Of a stretch of 64,000 nucleotides of DNA, positions 39,481-51,284 are shown piece after piece. The translations under genes and the position numbers were made by a program. The stretch covers positions 2,257,696 to 2,321,695 of the forward strand of contig MU058540.1 of assembly GCA_013265495.1 (NCBI GenBank). The letters run 5' to 3'. The notes below the pieces were generated by a model. The model made no database searches and was not told where the DNA came from. It saw only the letters and a list, made by a program, of their open reading frames with translations. Source of the DNA: Vicugna vicugna (taxonomy: Eukaryota). Every line of letters begins with the position of its first letter. Within the stretch, counting starts at the first letter, position 1.

Positions 39481-40028
39481 GAGAAAACTTTCCCAATGCC
39501 CCCAGCAGAGTGCGAGGTAGAGTCCTGCCCTATCTCCTTGCCCTCAAACCCCTGCAGCAGCTTAAAACAACATGGGATCAGTGTACTCAGCATCACAGTC
39601 CCTGGGTTATATGGTATCTCTCCATCCAGCCTATGATTTCCTCCAGAGTAGGGGGTCATTCTGTAAAACCCCAGACAAGCATAAGGCTCAGCACATAGAA
39701 ACCACTTGAATGTTCCTTAAGTGAAAAAATCTGGAAGGAAACTGCTACCCTCACACCTTGGCCAAGGACACCCACCCTGAGCCTAGAGGGGCAGCTGTGA
39801 ACCAAGGCTTCCTGAAAAACTGAAAGGGGTGAGGGAATTTCTGCCAACTCACTGGCATTTCCTTAAATTTACTAAATCTGAGGAAAGGATGCTGGAAGCA
39901 AACTTGTAGACCTGGAGTTGCCTAGAGGGCTGGGGCCAGGTATGGGCATCCAGCAGGGTTCCCAGGTTCCAGGTTGTTTATCTTAGTCTCCTTAAGAACA
40001 AGACATGAATGTTAAGAGGGAGTATTTT

Positions 40029-40254
40029 TGGGATCTGCAGATACTAACTACTACTTATAAAATAGGTAAACAGCAAGATCCCACTATATAGCATAGGAAA
40101 CTATATTCGATACCTTGTAATAGCCCATAATGAAAAAGAATATGAAAAGGAACATATATGTATGTATAACTGAATCACTATGCTGTACATCAGAAATTAA
40201 CACAGCATTGTAAACTGATCATACGTCAATAAATTTTTTTTTAAAAAAACTAAA
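40029..40254 (+). mobile_element. Short LINE-1 3' end
   Basis: Near-identical to the 3' part of 59844-60240; imperfect TSD AAGAG(G/A)G(A/G)GTATTTT. Confidence 0.85.
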
Positions 40255-41898
40255 AAGAGAGGGTATTTTCTTTTAGATTTAATCAAAACACCCCCTAATT
40301 TGCTGAAGTTTTAAGAAGTTCTGTAACTTTGGGAGGGAAGAATCCCTTCATTAGTATGCTTTCTAGTAAAGTAAAAGAAATACCCCAGAATGTTAACAGA
40401 ATTTATCTCTAGGAAATGGAAGTACAGGATATTCTTTTTTCCCCCTGCTTTTCTGTATTTTATAGATTTTCATTAAAGAGCAGTGTTATTCTTACAACAA
40501 AAAACTGTACTTTAACAAATTTATACCACGAGTTCAAAAAAGTTTCCATCTGCAGATTTATAAAATAACACAAAATTAATTAAAGCATGAGGCTCCTCTG
40601 ATTATGTTAAGTCCAATATTCAGAGAATTGGATAGAGTTTTCAGAAAGAATTTGTTTCGGTTTTGGGGAAAAATTAGCCCTACACTAAGTGATGCTCTCA
40701 TCTCACCTAACAAAGCATAAGTGATCAGAGACACCAAAGTCTACCGTAATCCAATCATTTCAAACTGGTAATAAAGAGCAAACTTTAAAAGCAGCTAGAG
40801 ATAAACTACAATGAGATATAACTGTGTACTGATTAGGTTTCAAATTAAAAAGACTGATCATAACAAGTGTTGACAAAATATGGAGGAACTAAATTCTCAT
40901 ACACTGTTGGTAGGAATACAAAATAATACAAACATTTTGAAAATAGTTTGGAAAATTCTTTAAATGTTAATTATACACTTACCGTATGTCTCAGCCATTC
41001 TATTCCTAAGAGAAATGAAGTGTTCATACAAAGACTGTTACATTGCTTTCATAGCGTCCTTACTTGTAACAGCCCAAAACTGGAAACAACCCAAGTGCTA
41101 CATATGTAGCAGTCACTTAGTAAATGGAGAGTGATTGAATGCACACACTATCTCTGTGATAAGAGATATTTATATTTTAACAAGGATTTCTTTCATCTAA
41201 CAGATGAGAGAAATTGATTGCCCAGGCAAGAGGAATCTTGTTTACTAAGTGGGAAATAAAGTTCAGGATTCCATATACTTTTGCCCAGGGGTTTATTTTC
41301 TCTTCAGATTGTACCTTAATACTAGATACTTTTTAATGGATAAGAGGAAAATTTAAAAAATGGATTTGGACCAAACCAGTAATGACTGACCTCTTTGACT
41401 CCTAAGGGTTTTGTGTCTGTCACAGATTTTTAACTAAGTTTGGTCTACCGAGAGTACAGATTCTAGATTACCCATATCTTAAAAACCTATAAGAAAGAAG
41501 ATGGCTATTGTGAATCTGAAGGCCAAGGAGAATTCTTTAGAGCTAACAAGTCTCATTGGTTGGTACAGCTTATTGGTCTTCTGAAACAGTGGCAGGATAA
41601 GATCCTGACCTTGGAGTGATGGCAAAAGTGCTTTCAGCCTAACACTTCTTTGTACTACAAGCCTCACAGGCTGATCTAACTTCACCTGCCTATTTACCCC
41701 TATTTCCTGCTGTGTCAATGCAGTGAAGATAACTTGCAGATAAAATACAAATGCTATCTGGTTTTTTTTTTTGTCTTGCTCATCTCTTTCCCACCATGTC
41801 TACCTACTTCTGGAATTTCTCCCACCTGACATTTCCCTGCAGAATGCAAAGAAGGGAGAAGAAGCAGGAAGGGTCCAAATGTAACTAGAGTTATATAT

Positions 41899-41904
41899 TT
41901 TATT
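41899..41904 (-). terminator. SLC26A8: Likely SLC26A8 polyadenylation signal AATAAA
   Basis: AATAAA on the minus strand ~420 nt after the stop, followed by a T/C-rich downstream tract. Confidence 0.7.
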
Positions 41905-42323
41905 TGAGCCTCATCTCTTTGTAGAAGGGGGAACAGAGATGACAGCAGTAAGTGAGAGATGGTCTAAAAAAAAAAAACAAAAGAAGTGTGGTGTGTGAAG
42001 AAGGAAATCTCTCACTGCAATACCTGCTGAAAGTGAAATGAAGTGAGCCTGGATAAGGAATTCAGAGACAATTCTTCGTGCTGAGTATTGTGATCTGGGA
42101 GTGGGGTCCCAGTGCTGAGCAGAAGAAGGCCAGCAGGTGGAAGAATCCCAAAGCAAGTCCTACTAGTTGTAACTAGTTGAGGTCTCCAGACTAAGTGGGT
42201 GGGGAGGATTTGCCAAGGGAATCTGAGCCCTTACTCCTAGTTCATCTCCAAGGGATCCTCAGTGGTTTGCCCTTGGATGTCTACGAATTCATATGCTGAT
42301 GTGTCTTCTGACTGTGTCCTAGG

Positions 42324-42668
42324 CTAAGTCTGAGGTGCGGAGTTGGGAGCCAAAGACTGATACAGAGGCCAGTACTGCTGCTGAGGGTAAGTCTGAGCCC
42401 TTGGCCTGGATTCGAGCTCAGGTTCCGGCTCAGTCTCTGGATCCATCTCAGATTCAGGCTCCAGCTCTGACTCAGGCTCCATCTCGTGATCCAGGTCTAG
42501 GTCCAGATCTAGCCCAGGCTCTTGTTCTGACTCCAGAATGCGATCCAGCTCCAAGTCTAGCTCTGATTCCTCCTCTCTTACTGGATCCTGGAGTGTAGAG
42601 AAGCCTGGACTTTTATTTTTGGGGGTTTCGATAAAACTGCTGCTCATTTTATGCCTTGATTCTCCATT
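42324..42668 (-). CDS. SLC26A8: SLC26A8 terminal coding exon (NGESRHKM...acidic E/P/D-L repeats...NSAPQT*)
   Basis: tatttcag| acceptor; open to TAG at 42326-42324. The 12 exons sum to 1792 nt and stay in frame. Confidence 0.9.
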   Translation of the reverse strand, partial: NGESRHKMSSSFIETPKNKSPGFSTLQDPVREEESELDLELDRILESEQEPGLDLDLDLDHEMEPESELEPESEMDPETEPEPELESRPRAQTYPQQQYWPLYQSLAPNSAPQT

Positions 42669-43513
42669 CTGAAATACACACAATTAGGTGGGTTAAAACT
42701 TTGCAATTTTATTTAATTTTTGAACAGTCAGGGAATCTCAGAATACAATAGGTACCAGAAAATCATGGGCTCCTGACAAAGCAGAGAATATATCTAGTCT
42801 AATTTGCTTTTTGTCTTCCTTATACCCTCTGGTTCCTCAGTTACCATTCTTCAGGCTCAATCAATCGATAACTTCCAATTTCTCTGGCTTTTCTAGCTAG
42901 GCTGGATTTTATGGTCAGCCATTTAAGCAGCAGTGGTTTTGGCAGCATTTGCGAACATCCTGTCTTCTTGATTTTACTTGTCTTTCCAAGCCCTCAACGG
43001 AAGCCTTGGCAGGACATGCAAGATCCTTGGTGATCTGGTCTCCTGCTGTCTTCTTTAGCTTTATCTCCATTCTTTTGCTCTAGCCATAAAGTTAGACTGG
43101 CAGATCTTTACCTCTGCTAGTTTATCAGTTCTGTTATTCATTCAATCCACCCCAGGGGTGGATTCTAAAGAGATAGCTAAGGGAAATATTTAAAACAGTT
43201 ATTCACTGGTATGGAACTGGCACTAACTGAGCTTGCTGTGAAAGGATCTTTGAGGTCTCTGCTGGGTTGGATAACCCTCCCTTCAGTTGGAAAAGGATCC
43301 TGAATGACACCCAGATACCATAGCAGTGTGGGAACTTGGGACTCAGGTCTACTGCTATTTAACAGCTGGTAAGAGTGCCTTTCAACATCTCAAACTCTGA
43401 CACAGCCACACTCAAAAACATTTCCTGGACTTTGCTCATCTCTATCTGATCAAGTGTTTCCCCGACCTCACCCCCACCTCACCCCCCCACCCCAGTGCTT
43501 CACATCATCCAAC

Positions 43514-43698
43514 CTTGTCTGTTTCTGAGTGGGTTTCTTGTATCACTGTCTCAGATTCATCCATGCTTAACTCAGAGGGCTCTGGCAACTTCCTTGACAA
43601 AGCAAATAGCACAGCGTCGTGGAGGGTGAGGAACAGCTGGGCCTTGGTGATGCTAGCGTCAAAGAAATCATTCTTCTCAAATGCCCTGACCACAGAAG
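43514..43698 (-). CDS. SLC26A8: SLC26A8 penultimate exon (SVVRAFEKNDFF...QLFLTLHDAVLFA...SETDK)
   Basis: tttgtag| ... AAG|gttgga; 185 nt; STAS C-terminal FLTLHDAV motif. Confidence 0.94.
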
Positions 43699-43798
43699 CT
43701 ACAAATCAAACCCGGAACACACACAGGGTCAGACACCTGGGAAGGAGAGCACTCAGGGTGGGAAACACAGACCTCTTCATAGGGTGAAGGATACTCAC

Positions 43799-43853
43799 AG
43801 TGACATCCTGCAATGAGCACCAAGATGTTGGCATTTTGGAAAGCATTGCACAT
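43799..43853 (-). CDS. SLC26A8: SLC26A8 exon (MCNAFQNANILVLIAGCH/S)
   Basis: cccacag| ... CACT|gtgagt; 55 nt, phase 0-1; read directly from the sequence. Confidence 0.92.
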
Positions 43854-44836
43854 CTGTGGGTAGAGAGTAAATCAGCGTTAGAGATCTCACACTCACTAAT
43901 TAGCTGAATTTTAAAACCTCTTTGGTCATTCACTCTTCCGTGGTAAATGTACCTCTGCAACCCCATTCAGCTGTATAAGCATTGATGAATGAACTGCTAT
44001 ATGCCAGGAAATGTCTAAAGTGGCAAGAATACAGAAGAGAATTAGATGGTTTCTCATGGGGTGGGGAGTAAGAGGGAGGGTTGCCCATGGTCTTAAGCAG
44101 GGGGGAATCAGTTCACATAAAGAGATAATTGTTCATGAGAGGACTTGCTAGGAGAGAGACAGGTACAGGTGTGATGGGAACACACTGGACGGTCCTCATG
44201 AACAACCATATCATGGCATTATTGCTTAGTGTTTGCATGTGACCCCCATCTCTCTGGAGTTCACTAAGGAGAAGCAGTAAAATGTGGCCCAGAGATGGTC
44301 AAGTAATATAGCTGGGAATGGTATTCAGGAACCGTGAGGGTCATACTCAGAGCTGCTCTGCAAAGTTATATTTGACTTCAGTAAAACATTAGATATTTAA
44401 TATAAGATTAATAAACATCAGATGTCGACCTCAAGTATACCTCAGCCAGTGTATGTGCTCTGGGGCAATAAATATTTATATTCAATTCAAAGCAAGTCAA
44501 TGTTAACCATAGTACTCTAAGACTGAGTAGATTCCATCCCTGAGCACTAAGTTAAAGTGTCAAAAAAAAAAAAAAAAGCAAAACAGACAGCCGACTTCTT
44601 TCATTACCAAAGGACACAAGAAAGTCATTCTTGATTATATGGTAAATCATTAAGTCATTTGGTAAAGAACTACTATAGGTATACTCTAAATGAGAAGCAA
44701 CTTCAATTTGTGAAATCTCATGAATTAAGAAGTTTAAATTGAGTGGTTGTCTCTAATAAGAATGACTCCTGGGAATTTTATTAGTAAGTTTCAGTTTTCA
44801 ATTATAAAGTAAACAAAATATAACTATTACCACCAA

Positions 44837-44974
44837 GGAGAGGGGAGAGTCTAGCTCAGCGGTAGAGCATGTGCTTAGCATGCACAGGGTCCTGAGTTCA
44901 ATCCCCAGTAGCTCCACAAAAAAATAAATAAATAAGTAAACCTAATTACCTCCCCTCAAAACAAACAAAGGTGA
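44837..44974 (+). mobile_element. Camelid Vic-type tRNA(Ala)-derived SINE
   Basis: 'ggggagagtctagctcagcggtagagcatgtgcttagcatgcacagggtcctgagttcaatcccc' plus 'aaataaataaataagtaaacctaattacctcccc'; exact 15-nt TSD AACTATTACCACCAA at 44822-44836 and 44975-44989. Confidence 0.92.
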
Positions 44975-46718
44975 AACTATTACCACCAACAAGACAGTAT
45001 ATAACAACTGCAAAAGGAATGAAGAAACCTGTATTTTTAAAGTATGAGTGTGTACCATGGATCTCTGAGGGGTGTAGAGTTAAGGTGCTGGACACTGCCT
45101 CAGTGATGGGGCTGGAGCAGAAAGTCATCAACATAGGGCAGATGTGGCTGGGTCATGCCAAGGACCAGAACATATGGTGCTTCCACAAAAAAGGAAGACA
45201 CAAGAGGAGGCGAGGATGGCACAATTGTACTAAAGAGCAGGGGGAAGAGCAATATAAAGTCAGATGTTAAGTTTCAGTACTGGACAGGCCACTTACCAGC
45301 TGTGAGCCTAGGACTCTTCCAGGAAAATACGGCTTGTCTCTCAGGCTTGTTGTGGGAACTAAATGAGACAGTGTACATAAATGTGCTCAACTCAGTTTGG
45401 CAGGGAGTAGGCATCCAATAATGTAGGTTCAATGAAATCTGAAGTTACAGCTACAGTGTGAGACTGGGAGACAAGAACACAGCCCAGTAGTATGACCTAA
45501 GATGGAAAAGCCTCAAAGACAAGACATGATTAAGTATATTTGAGTCTGAAAATGAGGGGGGAGGGGTTGGTGGAAAGAGGACCTTGTGGATGGGAAAGCC
45601 CTTAACATTAATCTCTTCCATGCTTCTCATTTTATAGATAAGAAAACCAAGACCCAGTGCAGTTTACTAAGTTACCACGTCTGATGGACAGTGAGCAGCA
45701 ATAAAGCCAGGGCAGAGCACATATCCACAGATCACCAACCAATGTTCTTTCTGCCATGAGAAGCTTCCTATTGCCTTAGACCAAAGAGGAGCTTGACCCA
45801 CTTAAGACAGAATCACATTCCCTTAGGAATAAGACGTAAGATAAAATGTTTTGATAGAATAGGATCTGAGAATAAGAAGGAAAGTCAGCATATCTCAAAA
45901 AAAGGTGGGTGCAGTCAGAGCTAGGAAGTAATTGGGTTTAGGATGCATAAGCTGAGCCATTGCCAACAGGAACAAGAGTGAGACAGAGGACTGAGAACTG
46001 AGATAAGCTGGCTGAAAAAAAGATATTGCACTTATGAGACATTAAACAGTAAAGCCAATACGGTTAGTCGTGCACCTAAAGTGTCCATATTGTACAAGAA
46101 GGAGAGAAATGAAAACTGCCTAAGAAACCAGAAAGTGGGAGAGAAGCCATGATTCAGGGAATACAGCTTTGGAAGGAAAAATCTTCCCTGCCCTTTTCGC
46201 TCAAAGATGCAGGCAATGAAGAGGGAACTGGGGAAGACCCTAAAGGTACTAGATCGGGCAGCCCCACGCTTGTGATTTCATCACAACGTCCTCACATCTG
46301 AGTGCCTTTTACAGTGCCTAACTCTGAGCAGCTGAAGAGTGGAGAATTCCTGGTGAGCTTTTTTCTATAGTATTTGAACCTATTCCTTGAAAAATTCTGT
46401 AGCTAACTTCCAGGATGTGCTGGGGTTGCGGGATGGGGCACAGATTGCTGTTTCAATGGTGTTAAGAATTTTCTATTTTTCAGTCCTTGAGAAATAATAT
46501 GCCATGCATATGGAACCAATCCCAGTTCAGTAAATCAGAGTTGCTTTATTTTCTTTTTATTCTGGCTGACCTTAAACTGTCTTCTGTATTCTTGTTCCAG
46601 TGGCCTAGGAGTCAGAGAGCAGCTGATTGGTGACTAAGAGGATTCAGTCGGGATCAGGGCTGGGGTGGTGGTGGTAGGAAGGAATCAGAGCTCTTGTGAA
46701 AGCTTCCTTAGTACGTAC

Positions 46719-47087
46719 CTGTCTTAATACGACCGAAGCTTGTGAATCCACCAAATGGACCATGGAGAAGTCCAGGATGATGGTGTGGATGAGGGGTTGA
46801 AGAGATGAGGCCGAGTAAGGCATGGGTGGTCTATCCCTGACCTGAGATTCGGAAGCTTCAGGGAGTGTTGAGAAGAGTCTGGAGGAATTATCAGAAAGCC
46901 AAACTTTCTCCACATCCTCATAGTTTGGTGTTGGGTTTTCCTGAGATATGGAAGATGTTGTGTACGGTACTTGTTCATCACACATACTTTGGCTTGTGTT
47001 CATGCTCTCAAAACGTGAGCAGCGGATCAGGTTAATGGAGGATGAGTACTTGTCTCGTTTACTTTCAAATCGTTCTGTGTAAACAAC
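46719..47087 (-). CDS. SLC26A8: SLC26A8 large STAS exon (VVYTERFESK...HTIILDFSMVHLVDSQASVVLRQ)
   Basis: tgtcccag| ... CAG|gtacgt; 369 nt open frame; STAS HTIILDFS motif. Confidence 0.95.
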
Positions 47088-47744
47088 CTGGGACAACACA
47101 GTTAGGGGAGGACAATGAAGAGACTCAAGCAAGGGCTGGGTGTACTCGCCACAAGGCTGTTTCTATCCACCAACTGACTTCCCTCTTAGAAAACTTCTCC
47201 ACAGGCTACACACATTTTTACTTAGATATCCGTCACTCCCAACTTAATTCATCTTTCCTTATCATCACCACTTAGAGCATACCCCTCTCAACATCCCCAC
47301 GTGCATCAATGACATTGTCCTAGTGAGTCAGACTTACAACCATCTTTGATTTATTCCTTTCGCTTATCCCTGGATTCTAATTAGTCTCCAGTACCTACTA
47401 ATACTTTGAAGTATTTCCTCCATCAGTCCCTTTTTTCTTTTTTTAAAAAATTTTGAACACATACAAAAACACAAATAATAGCTTTAAATGTCACATTAAT
47501 AGAGAGTTATCTCCCTAGTTTGATTTAAAACTCTATGAATTGCTTCAAAATAATCTTGTGATTTTGAGGAGATTTAGGTGGCTGGGAGTATAGATGAAAT
47601 GAGATTGGCTATAAGTTGATAAATCTTCAAGCGGGTGATGGGTACATAGAGGCTCATTATACTTTTGTATGTATTCAAATTTTTCTGTGAAAAAACTTTT
47701 TTTTTAAAGAACAACCTGGATGCAACTTGAGCCAGTATGCTTTG

Positions 47745-48019
47745 TAAAATTAGCCAGTCACAAAAAGACAAATACTGTATGAGGTATCTGGAATAGCCAG
47801 ATTCATAGAAACAAAGTAAAATGGGACTGGAAGGAGGAGGAATTGGGGAGTTGTTGTTTAATGGGTCAGGGTTTCAGTTTTGTGAGATGAAAAAGTTCTT
47901 GAGATAGATGCTGGTAGTGACTGCACAACAATGTGGATAAATTTAACACTACTAAACTGTACACTTCAAAACAGTTAAGATGATAGATTTTATGTTATAT
48001 GTTTTATACCACAATTAAA

Positions 48020-48050
<31 letters not shown>
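47745..48050 (+). mobile_element. L1MA/MB-type 3' end with (GAAAAA)n tail
   Basis: 'agccagtcacaaaaagacaaatactgtatga...actaaactgtacacttcaaaacagttaagatg...accacaattaaaaa'. Confidence 0.8.
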
Positions 48051-49073
48051 CTACCTGAAGACAGAGACCCTTAAAATTCTTTTTTCCTTTCTCATAGTGT
48101 CATAGGTCTGGGCACATAGTATGAGCCAATGAATACTAGATGATCATAGTCTACTCTAAAATGTACTTGCTGATGTCCTATAAATACCCTCTACAATGCT
48201 CAGTGTGGATACAAAATAAAAATTAGAGATAGTGTTAATTCTGTCGTCTTGGCAGGGAAGTTGGTATTTTCTGGGAGATCAGTAGAACTGGTGCTCCATT
48301 AGGGTGTATGGGAATAAGAGTGGGTGCTTGGTGTTTGTAGGTGCCCATGTGAGGAGGGGGGTGGGAGCGTCTGTGTGTGGGAGACTAAATCTGTGTGTGC
48401 GTGCGTGTTTATACGTACAGTTGCCCCTCCAGGGTGTAGGTATGGACTGGGTGAAAGGCCCCAAAGCTAGAAATGAGCAGTCCTGCTCTGGGGAAAGGGA
48501 ATATTGAGACCAAATCCGAGTTGGAAATGAATGAGCATTGTAACTCATCAGCCAAAAAATACTCTTCAGATGCTGTAAAATCACCATCTGTATTTATCTG
48601 CCCTCCACACCCCTATCATTTTCCTGGTCCCTGGCACACTTCAGGAGATGCTGACAGATCCCTGGGAGGCCCAGCCACCTCGACCCTGCCCTAGCTGGAA
48701 TCAGAAAACAATCTTTAAGTCATTGATTTTCAGGAATCTAAAGCTAGGTAGCTAAAATAGAAGTCGAGGAAATAGGTACAATGGTCTCAATAGGCAAACT
48801 GTACTCTGTTCAGATCAGCTGCTGGCCATTGAGTAGTGACTCAGGAGTCAGAATATCTCCTCCTACTTACTTTCCGGGCAAGATCTGAACCTTAAAAACC
48901 AGTGTCTCCATTTTTGGGGTAGAAATCTCTGATTTCCAATTACCTGTGGTGGGTCTAAGAGTTAAAACCCCTAAGGGGGTTTTCTTTTCTTTTCCTTTTT
49001 ATTTTTTTAAACTATGACTGCACTTCTTTATCAAATGTGGAGAAAAATGCAGAAAAGAAGAGGTGTTTCTAAC

Positions 49074-49205
49074 CCTGGGCCGTGGCTCCAGTTCATCACA
49101 GTTGCAGAAACATCGACAAATCTTCTGTTGCTGTGAGCCATCTTCACTTTGACTAAACAGGGCGTAAACTTCTTCTTCTGTAAGAGGCACTCTTACCATT
49201 TCAAT
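49074..49205 (-). CDS. SLC26A8: SLC26A8 exon (IEMVRVPLTEEE...KICRCFCNCDELEPRPR)
   Basis: cctttcag| ... AGG|gttaga; 132 nt; CRCFCNC motif characteristic of the SLC26A8 STAS intervening sequence. Confidence 0.92.
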
Positions 49206-49312
49206 CTGAAAGGTATAGGAGGGGTCTCTTGCAGATGGTGAATGGAGGAGAGGGGGAGAGCCGGGACAGGGAGGAGAACAGGTGGAGAAAGGCAGGGGAG
49301 GAAGGCCATCAC

Positions 49313-49405
49313 CTCACTTAACAACTTGTGCTTTAGGTAGTAAACGTTTACAAATGTAATGGAGTTGCAGCACTGGAAGATCTTCACCCCAGGAATGTTT
49401 GTAAC
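49313..49405 (-). CDS. SLC26A8: SLC26A8 exon (VTNIPGVKIFQCCNSITFVNVYYLKHKLLSE)
   Basis: gtcttgcag| ... GAG|gtgatg; 93 nt; STAS IPGVKIF motif. Confidence 0.93.
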
Positions 49406-49790
49406 CTGCAAGACAAATGGAAATTTGAAGGAAATGTCTCAGCTCTTTTATGGAGTAGGGGGGAAAAAAATCTTTAGAACCTCCTACAGAATCTATATTC
49501 TTCTTTATAGAGGCAAGAAGGAGAAAATTCCTTCCTCCCATTTTCACCCCCCTGCTTTTCCTGCTTTCCTCTTTCCCCTCCATTTCCTCACTCCTCTTTC
49601 ACTTGGTCACCCTCCCCGTAAAGTTCATTTCAAAATTATCCTTAACTGGCTGCATCATTTTCCCCATCTCCATAAATGCATATCTGTAGTGCAGCAAACA
49701 AGAACGAAGGGATTTTGTAGAAAAACTAAGCAGCAGGCCTGGTCCACCCCATCTTTTGGGCAAAGGAGTGGGGGTGATGTGGATTTTTAC

Positions 49791-49860
49791 CTCTCGATAA
49801 TCATGGATGCTTCTATAAATATTGGTGTTGGGGATCTGACCCAGGAGGAGAATCTTAGTT
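49791..49860 (-). CDS. SLC26A8: SLC26A8 exon (TKILLLGQIPNTNIYRSIHDYRE), start of STAS domain
   Basis: ctttcag| ... GAG|gtaaaa; 70 nt; LLGQIPNTxIY motif of SLC26 proteins. Confidence 0.93.
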
Positions 49861-49941
49861 CTGAAAGTAAATGCATTTGCCTTTAGGTCAAAGTTGCCTT
49901 GCCTTGCTATGGCCAACTTCCTATTACTTGAGACAAAGTAC

Positions 49942-50048
49942 CTGTGTGACTGAACAGTGATGATGAAGAAGGTAAAAGCTACTGAAACCAGTAGTCCAAC
50001 GTCCAGTCCCAGGAAAATTGCAGATATGAATGTCACCATCCAAGCAAT
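49942..50048 (-). CDS. SLC26A8: SLC26A8 exon (IAWMVTFISAIFLGLDVGLLVSVAFTFFIITVQSH/R)
   Basis: cttttccataag| ... CAG|gtactt; 107 nt; last transmembrane helices with the LGLDxG motif. Confidence 0.9.
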
Positions 50049-51188
50049 CTTATGGAAAAGGGGAAGAAGGGAAAAGAAAGACCATGATAACAAGCAGAAT
50101 TGAGAAAATCCCAAGTCCTATTTCTCAACTCACCTTTACTCTCTCCCTCCCAACACCTGGGATTTAGACAACAAATCCTACAGCCATAGGGACTGATGCC
50201 ATCACAAATAATTGGGTCCCAGGGGTGCCTAGTGATTCTTTTATGCATCCTTGGTCACTTCTTTCTTCATCTCTCTTGAAACATCAGTTTCCTCACATGC
50301 AAAATAGGGATAGTAATATTGATTTTATAGGTTTTGTTGAGATTAAAAATCCTATTTGTAAAGCAACCCAGAACACTCCCCAAATTAGTGATTGCGATTT
50401 CAAGACCTATAATAGTTGCTGGGAATCTTTAACATCCCTTCCAAGCTCCTTTCTCACCACCTTTTCCATCACTTTCAGCAGATGACTTGACTTTCATCTT
50501 TACAAAGAAGATAGGCTGAAACCCCCTTAAATGTTTACTTCCCCCTCCACCTGCCACTTGTTAGTTAACATCTGCACTCACCCTTCTCCCCGATTCTTTT
50601 GGAAGTGCTGTCCCTCCTACTCAGAAGCTCTCCCTGTGCACTGGACCACATCCCTTCTTAAATCTCAGGGACCTGGATCCAAAAATGATTCCCTTTCGCA
50701 TCACTTTCCCTTTACTGGCTCCTTCTCCTCTCATTGTATGACATTCCCCATCTTTTATTTTTTGTTATTTCCCCTTTATAGCTCTAGTTTTGTGCTCTAG
50801 AGAGAAGGAGGGTGCTCCATCACTCTTCCTGGCAAGACACCGCCTTCCTTGTCTTATTAGGATTTGTGTCTCCTCTCCTAGGATGTATTTCTATTAGCTG
50901 GATTAAAAGTCATTCAAATATGCAATGTATGAGAAACCCTTTTTACCAGATCTGTATGTAACTGTTGCTACTTAATTAATTTTATTTGATTAAACTTTGC
51001 ATCATTGGAATGGAGTCAGTACTTCCATGCACCAATAACCTTGACTCCTTTTTTTAAGCACAAATATAGTACTAGGCATCAAAGAGTGCCTAGTGTCCTT
51101 CACACTGATCTCCTTCGTCTGTTCTCTTCCCCTCTGTGCAGCCTTCCCCTCCGTCCTCCCTGACCTCAGCCAGTGTATCTACACTCAC

Positions 51189-51284
51189 ACAGTCATATTG
51201 GTTCTGCCTCCACAGATTTGGTAGGTTGTAAACAGTTTCAAGGTACGGTAGGGCGTTGCTCAGAACAATACCAGCCAGCACAGC
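51189..51284 (-). CDS. SLC26A8: SLC26A8 exon (AVLAGIVLSNALPYLETVYNLPNLWRQNQYDC)
   Basis: ccccacag| ... TGT|gtgagt; 96 nt, phase 0-0. Confidence 0.93.

Noticed and set aside
44842..44915. Possible tRNA-Ala gene
   Set aside because: The tRNA-like head continues into a SINE tail with a 15-nt TSD, and two related copies exist in the window. It is a SINE, not a tRNA gene.
49359..49886. 175-aa ORF on the + strand
   Set aside because: Antisense shadow of SLC26A8 exons and intron; no recognisable protein features.
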